Origin: a virus
Taxonomy: Duplodnaviria; Caudoviricetes
Direction: 5' to 3' (one strand)
Virus record (IMG/VR): IMGVR_UViG_3300011242_000002
Coordinates: 192,001-256,000 of that record
Length of the DNA stretch: 64,000 nucleotides
Of the stretch, positions 63,963 to 64,000 are shown piece by piece. Under the pieces are notes generated by a model that was not told where the DNA came from, did not search any database, and worked only from the letters and a program-made list of their open reading frames with translations. Every line of letters begins with the position of its first letter. Positions within the stretch are counted from its first letter, which is position 1. Position numbers and translations under genes: made by a program.

Positions 63963-64000
63963 ATGTCAAGCATTGCAGGTTTTATTAGTGGCTCAGGCCT
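63963..64000 (+). CDS. Next internal head paralogue, 3'-truncated
   Basis: GAGGT RBS; MSSIAGFISGSG(L), probably the start of another GLE propeptide. Confidence 0.5.
   Translation, partial: MSSIAGFISGSG

Noticed and set aside
1-64000. tRNA, rRNA, CRISPR arrays, introns, inteins, transposases, stop-codon recoding
   Set aside because: None recognised by eye; core genes are full-length in the standard code and intergenic gaps are short. tRNAscan-SE/Infernal would be needed to exclude small RNAs formally

Overview
This is a 64 kb segment of a nucleus-forming jumbo phage (Chimalliviridae, phiKZ/SPN3US-like), almost entirely coding and mostly on the + strand. It carries the conserved core blocks in phiKZ-like order. 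These are chimallin (5'-truncated), the non-virion RNAP beta' N-part with NADFDGD, an SbcD/Mre11 nuclease, ChmC, the gp68-like nvRNAP subunit, PicA/Imp1, nvRNAP beta-C and beta'-C, an SF2 helicase, a virion RNAP beta' subunit, the exonuclease half of a split B-family DNA polymerase, baseplate genes, and a run of head/inner-body proteins with (S/A/G)-x-E protease sites. Accessory islands lie between the core blocks (about 3.4-9.2, 24.3-32.1 and 37-46.7 kb). The most unusual observation is a set of small Lys/Arg-tailed ORFs carrying isolated, degenerate copies of core-enzyme motifs. One has an ungapped 12/28 match to this phage's own RNAP beta active-site region plus a degenerate ADFDGD. Others carry DnaB-like, Walker B-like, RecA-like and GTPase-G1-like fragments. 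Other highlights are three catalytically eroded GIY-YIG/NUMOD1 paralogues, an SSB-like DIPF tail on ChmC, an MLExLL virion-protein family, an early operon of small single-pass membrane proteins, terminators clamped by GCATAA...TTATGC, a TAACCYGT 5'-UTR motif and a perfect all-AT 14-bp inverted repeat. Orthologue names rest on recalled motifs and synteny, not database searches. No tRNA, rRNA, CRISPR array, intron or transposon was recognised.
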